From Candidatus Thorarchaeota archaeon (lineage in GTDB: Archaea > Asgardarchaeota > Thorarchaeia > Thorarchaeales > Thorarchaeaceae), in contig JAEORO010000153.1 in assembly GCA_016840855.1 (NCBI GenBank), positions 1 through 28,156 on the forward strand: a DNA stretch of 28,156 nucleotides. The letters run 5' to 3'. The notes under the pieces were generated by a model. It saw only the letters and a list, made by a program, of their open reading frames with translations, had not been told where the DNA came from and made no database searches. The position numbers and the translations under genes are program-made. Numbering within the stretch: position 1 is the stretch's first letter; the number at the start of each line of letters is the position of its first letter. Shown one piece after another: positions 26,521 through 28,156 of this stretch.

Positions 26521-26919
26521 ATGAATTCCATGAAACTTTTCTCTACTGAAGAGATTGATATAATCAATAAGGAACTTCTTGGAAAGTCAGGATTTTTTCT
26601 GATTGCATTTCGAAATAAGCATGGACCAACCTTACTGAAGAAACTATGGATGGAAATGATGGAAGAGCTAGGAATTCCAGTAAAATGTCTAAGTTGGTGG
26701 TCTAGTGCTGGTAGCATTGGCCTTTTAGAATGTGAAGCTGAAAACGGACTCTCAGTTTTTGGTCAATGGATGCTTGATGATAAACAAGAACTCCTCAATG
26801 TTATGGAGCTGGATGAACAAGATGTTACAAATATTCGTGATGGATTTGATGCTGGGACCATCACTTCTTCAGCCATGAGGGCATATCGAATTGGAGAGTC
26901 AGGTGGAGAGAAGGAATAG
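26521..26919 (+). CDS. Hypothetical protein, 132 aa
   Basis: Fills the gap between RimK and glmS; TTTTATG about 24 nt upstream suggests a leaderless or short-leader transcript. Confidence 0.7.
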   Translation: MNSMKLFSTEEIDIINKELLGKSGFFLIAFRNKHGPTLLKKLWMEMMEELGIPVKCLSWWSSAGSIGLLECEAENGLSVFGQWMLDDKQELLNVMELDEQDVTNIRDGFDAGTITSSAMRAYRIGESGGEKE

Positions 26920-26925
26920 ACTGAA

Positions 26926-28156
26926 CTAGTCAACCGTTAGAGTCTTAGAGAGGTTCCTAGGTAAGTCTGGATTAATGCCAAGGTCAACTGAAAGATAGTA
27001 GCTCAATAGTTGAAGGGGAATTACGTCGAGTATTGGATTAAGGAGTACATCCGACTTTGGTACAATTAGATAGTCGTGATTGTTAGCTACATATGGCTCA
27101 AGAGTTTCTTCATACTCACCAACAATAATGGTTCGACCATGTCTTGCTTTTACCTCATTTATGTGATTAATCACCATCCAACTGTCCTCAGTGGTGGTTA
27201 CAAAAATCACAGGATAGTTGTTTGTCACAATACTTAGAGGCCCATGCTTAAACTCTGACGAGTACATACCTTCACAGTGGTTATAGCAGATCTCCTTTAT
27301 CTTGAGAGCACCTTCTCGAGCAACACCATCAGTAAAACCATAACCAAGGCAATAGAGGTCTCTTATGTCCATCAGTGATTTTGCAAGGTTCTTTGCGAGA
27401 ATCCCTGTTCTATCAATCGTAGTTTGAGTAAGAGAAGGCAGAGAGTCTCTTAGTTTCTTTATGAAAGATTTTGCTTCAGAGGAGTCAATATGCCCATTTC
27501 TTTCGCCCATTCTCGCAGCTAAGTACGCAAAGATAATGCTTTGAGAGTAGTATGTTTTTGTTGCAGGAACTGACACTTCATATCCACATGCCATTGGTAT
27601 GAATGAATCAGCTTGAAACATAAGAGTACTACCTATAACATTCAGGACTCCAAGTGTTTTCCCATAATTCTCAGTCTTGACCATGTTTAGTACATTCAGG
27701 ATATCTTTTGTTTCTCCACTTTGAGAAACGAGAATGCTAAGACTATTCTCATCCATCGTCTTTCCATACATGGGTTGAAACTGTCCACCGATTGCATGAA
27801 TCATTGGAATTCCTGCGAGTCTGTTGAAATAATAAGTCCCAACTATGCTTGCATTGTGCGATGAGCCACATGCAACTAAATAGTGTCTTGAAGCCTCTTC
27901 GATGAGTTTTAACCAATCTTCACTTTTAGGACCTTCAAGTATACCTATGACATCCGTAGCAATTTTTGGTTGTTCATTGATTTCTTTAAGCATGAAGTGG
28001 GGATAACCACCTTTCTCTGCTGCTCGTGCATCAACATTTGAAATTTGAGGAGGTCTGTCAAGCTGTTTTCCGTCTTCAATCCTATACACTTTAACATCAT
28101 TTGGAGAAAGAACTAACATCTCACCATCTGCGAGGTAAATTACATTATTTGTTAGA
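26926..28156 (-). CDS. glmS: Glutamine--fructose-6-phosphate aminotransferase (isomerising), 5' end outside the window
   Basis: HFMLKEINEQP, ACGSS, SQSGETKD, VPATKTY, EGALKIKE, EFKHGP and C-terminal PRNLSKTLTVD; the frame stays open from 28119 to the window edge (LTNNVIYLADGEM). Confidence 0.96.
   Translation of the reverse strand, partial: LTNNVIYLADGEMLVLSPNDVKVYRIEDGKQLDRPPQISNVDARAAEKGGYPHFMLKEINEQPKIATDVIGILEGPKSEDWLKLIEEASRHYLVACGSSHNASIVGTYYFNRLAGIPMIHAIGGQFQPMYGKTMDENSLSILVSQSGETKDILNVLNMVKTENYGKTLGVLNVIGSTLMFQADSFIPMACGYEVSVPATKTYYSQSIIFAYLAARMGERNGHIDSSEAKSFIKKLRDSLPSLTQTTIDRTGILAKNLAKSLMDIRDLYCLGYGFTDGVAREGALKIKEICYNHCEGMYSSEFKHGPLSIVTNNYPVIFVTTTEDSWMVINHINEVKARHGRTIIVGEYEETLEPYVANNHDYLIVPKSDVLLNPILDVIPLQLLSYYLSVDLGINPDLPRNLSKTLTVD

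Noticed and set aside
1-28156. Many 60-175-aa antisense or alternative-frame ORFs; CRISPR array, IS element or provirus
   Set aside because: The shadow ORFs lie within well-supported genes. I saw no repeat-spacer array, transposase, integrase, terminal repeats or virion genes.

Overview
Gene-dense archaeal chromosomal segment. Tandem TFIIB-family genes, archaeal SD/TATA motifs and many lineage-specific proteins suggest an Asgard archaeon such as Thorarchaeia, but that assignment is inference only. Left part: two tandem tfb paralogues, a CPBP protease, a 7-TM orphan and a GH3-family acyl-acid amido synthetase. Centre (about 6.3-15.2 kb, set off by AT-rich gaps): two abutting orphans, two ~650-aa proteins that appear paralogous and end in duplicated Lrp/AsnC-like wHTH-RAM modules on either side of a HEAT-like protein, and a coupled Mre11/SbcD nuclease plus an unusually small 425-aa Rad50/SbcC with no zinc hook and no herA/nurA. 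That nuclease pair is the best candidate for an undescribed system. Right part: NAD(P)/FAD oxidoreductase, a HAD hydrolase with altered motifs, a possible Vps62/NPP1-like protein, a His-less PEP-utiliser mobile domain, gamma-CA family protein, ABC exporter, stand-alone RAM protein next to a DMT-RAM fusion, archaeal coiled-coil protein, RimK-family ligase and 5'-truncated glmS. I saw no rRNA, canonical tRNA, CRISPR array or transposase. All family calls come from motif recognition by eye; no searches were run.
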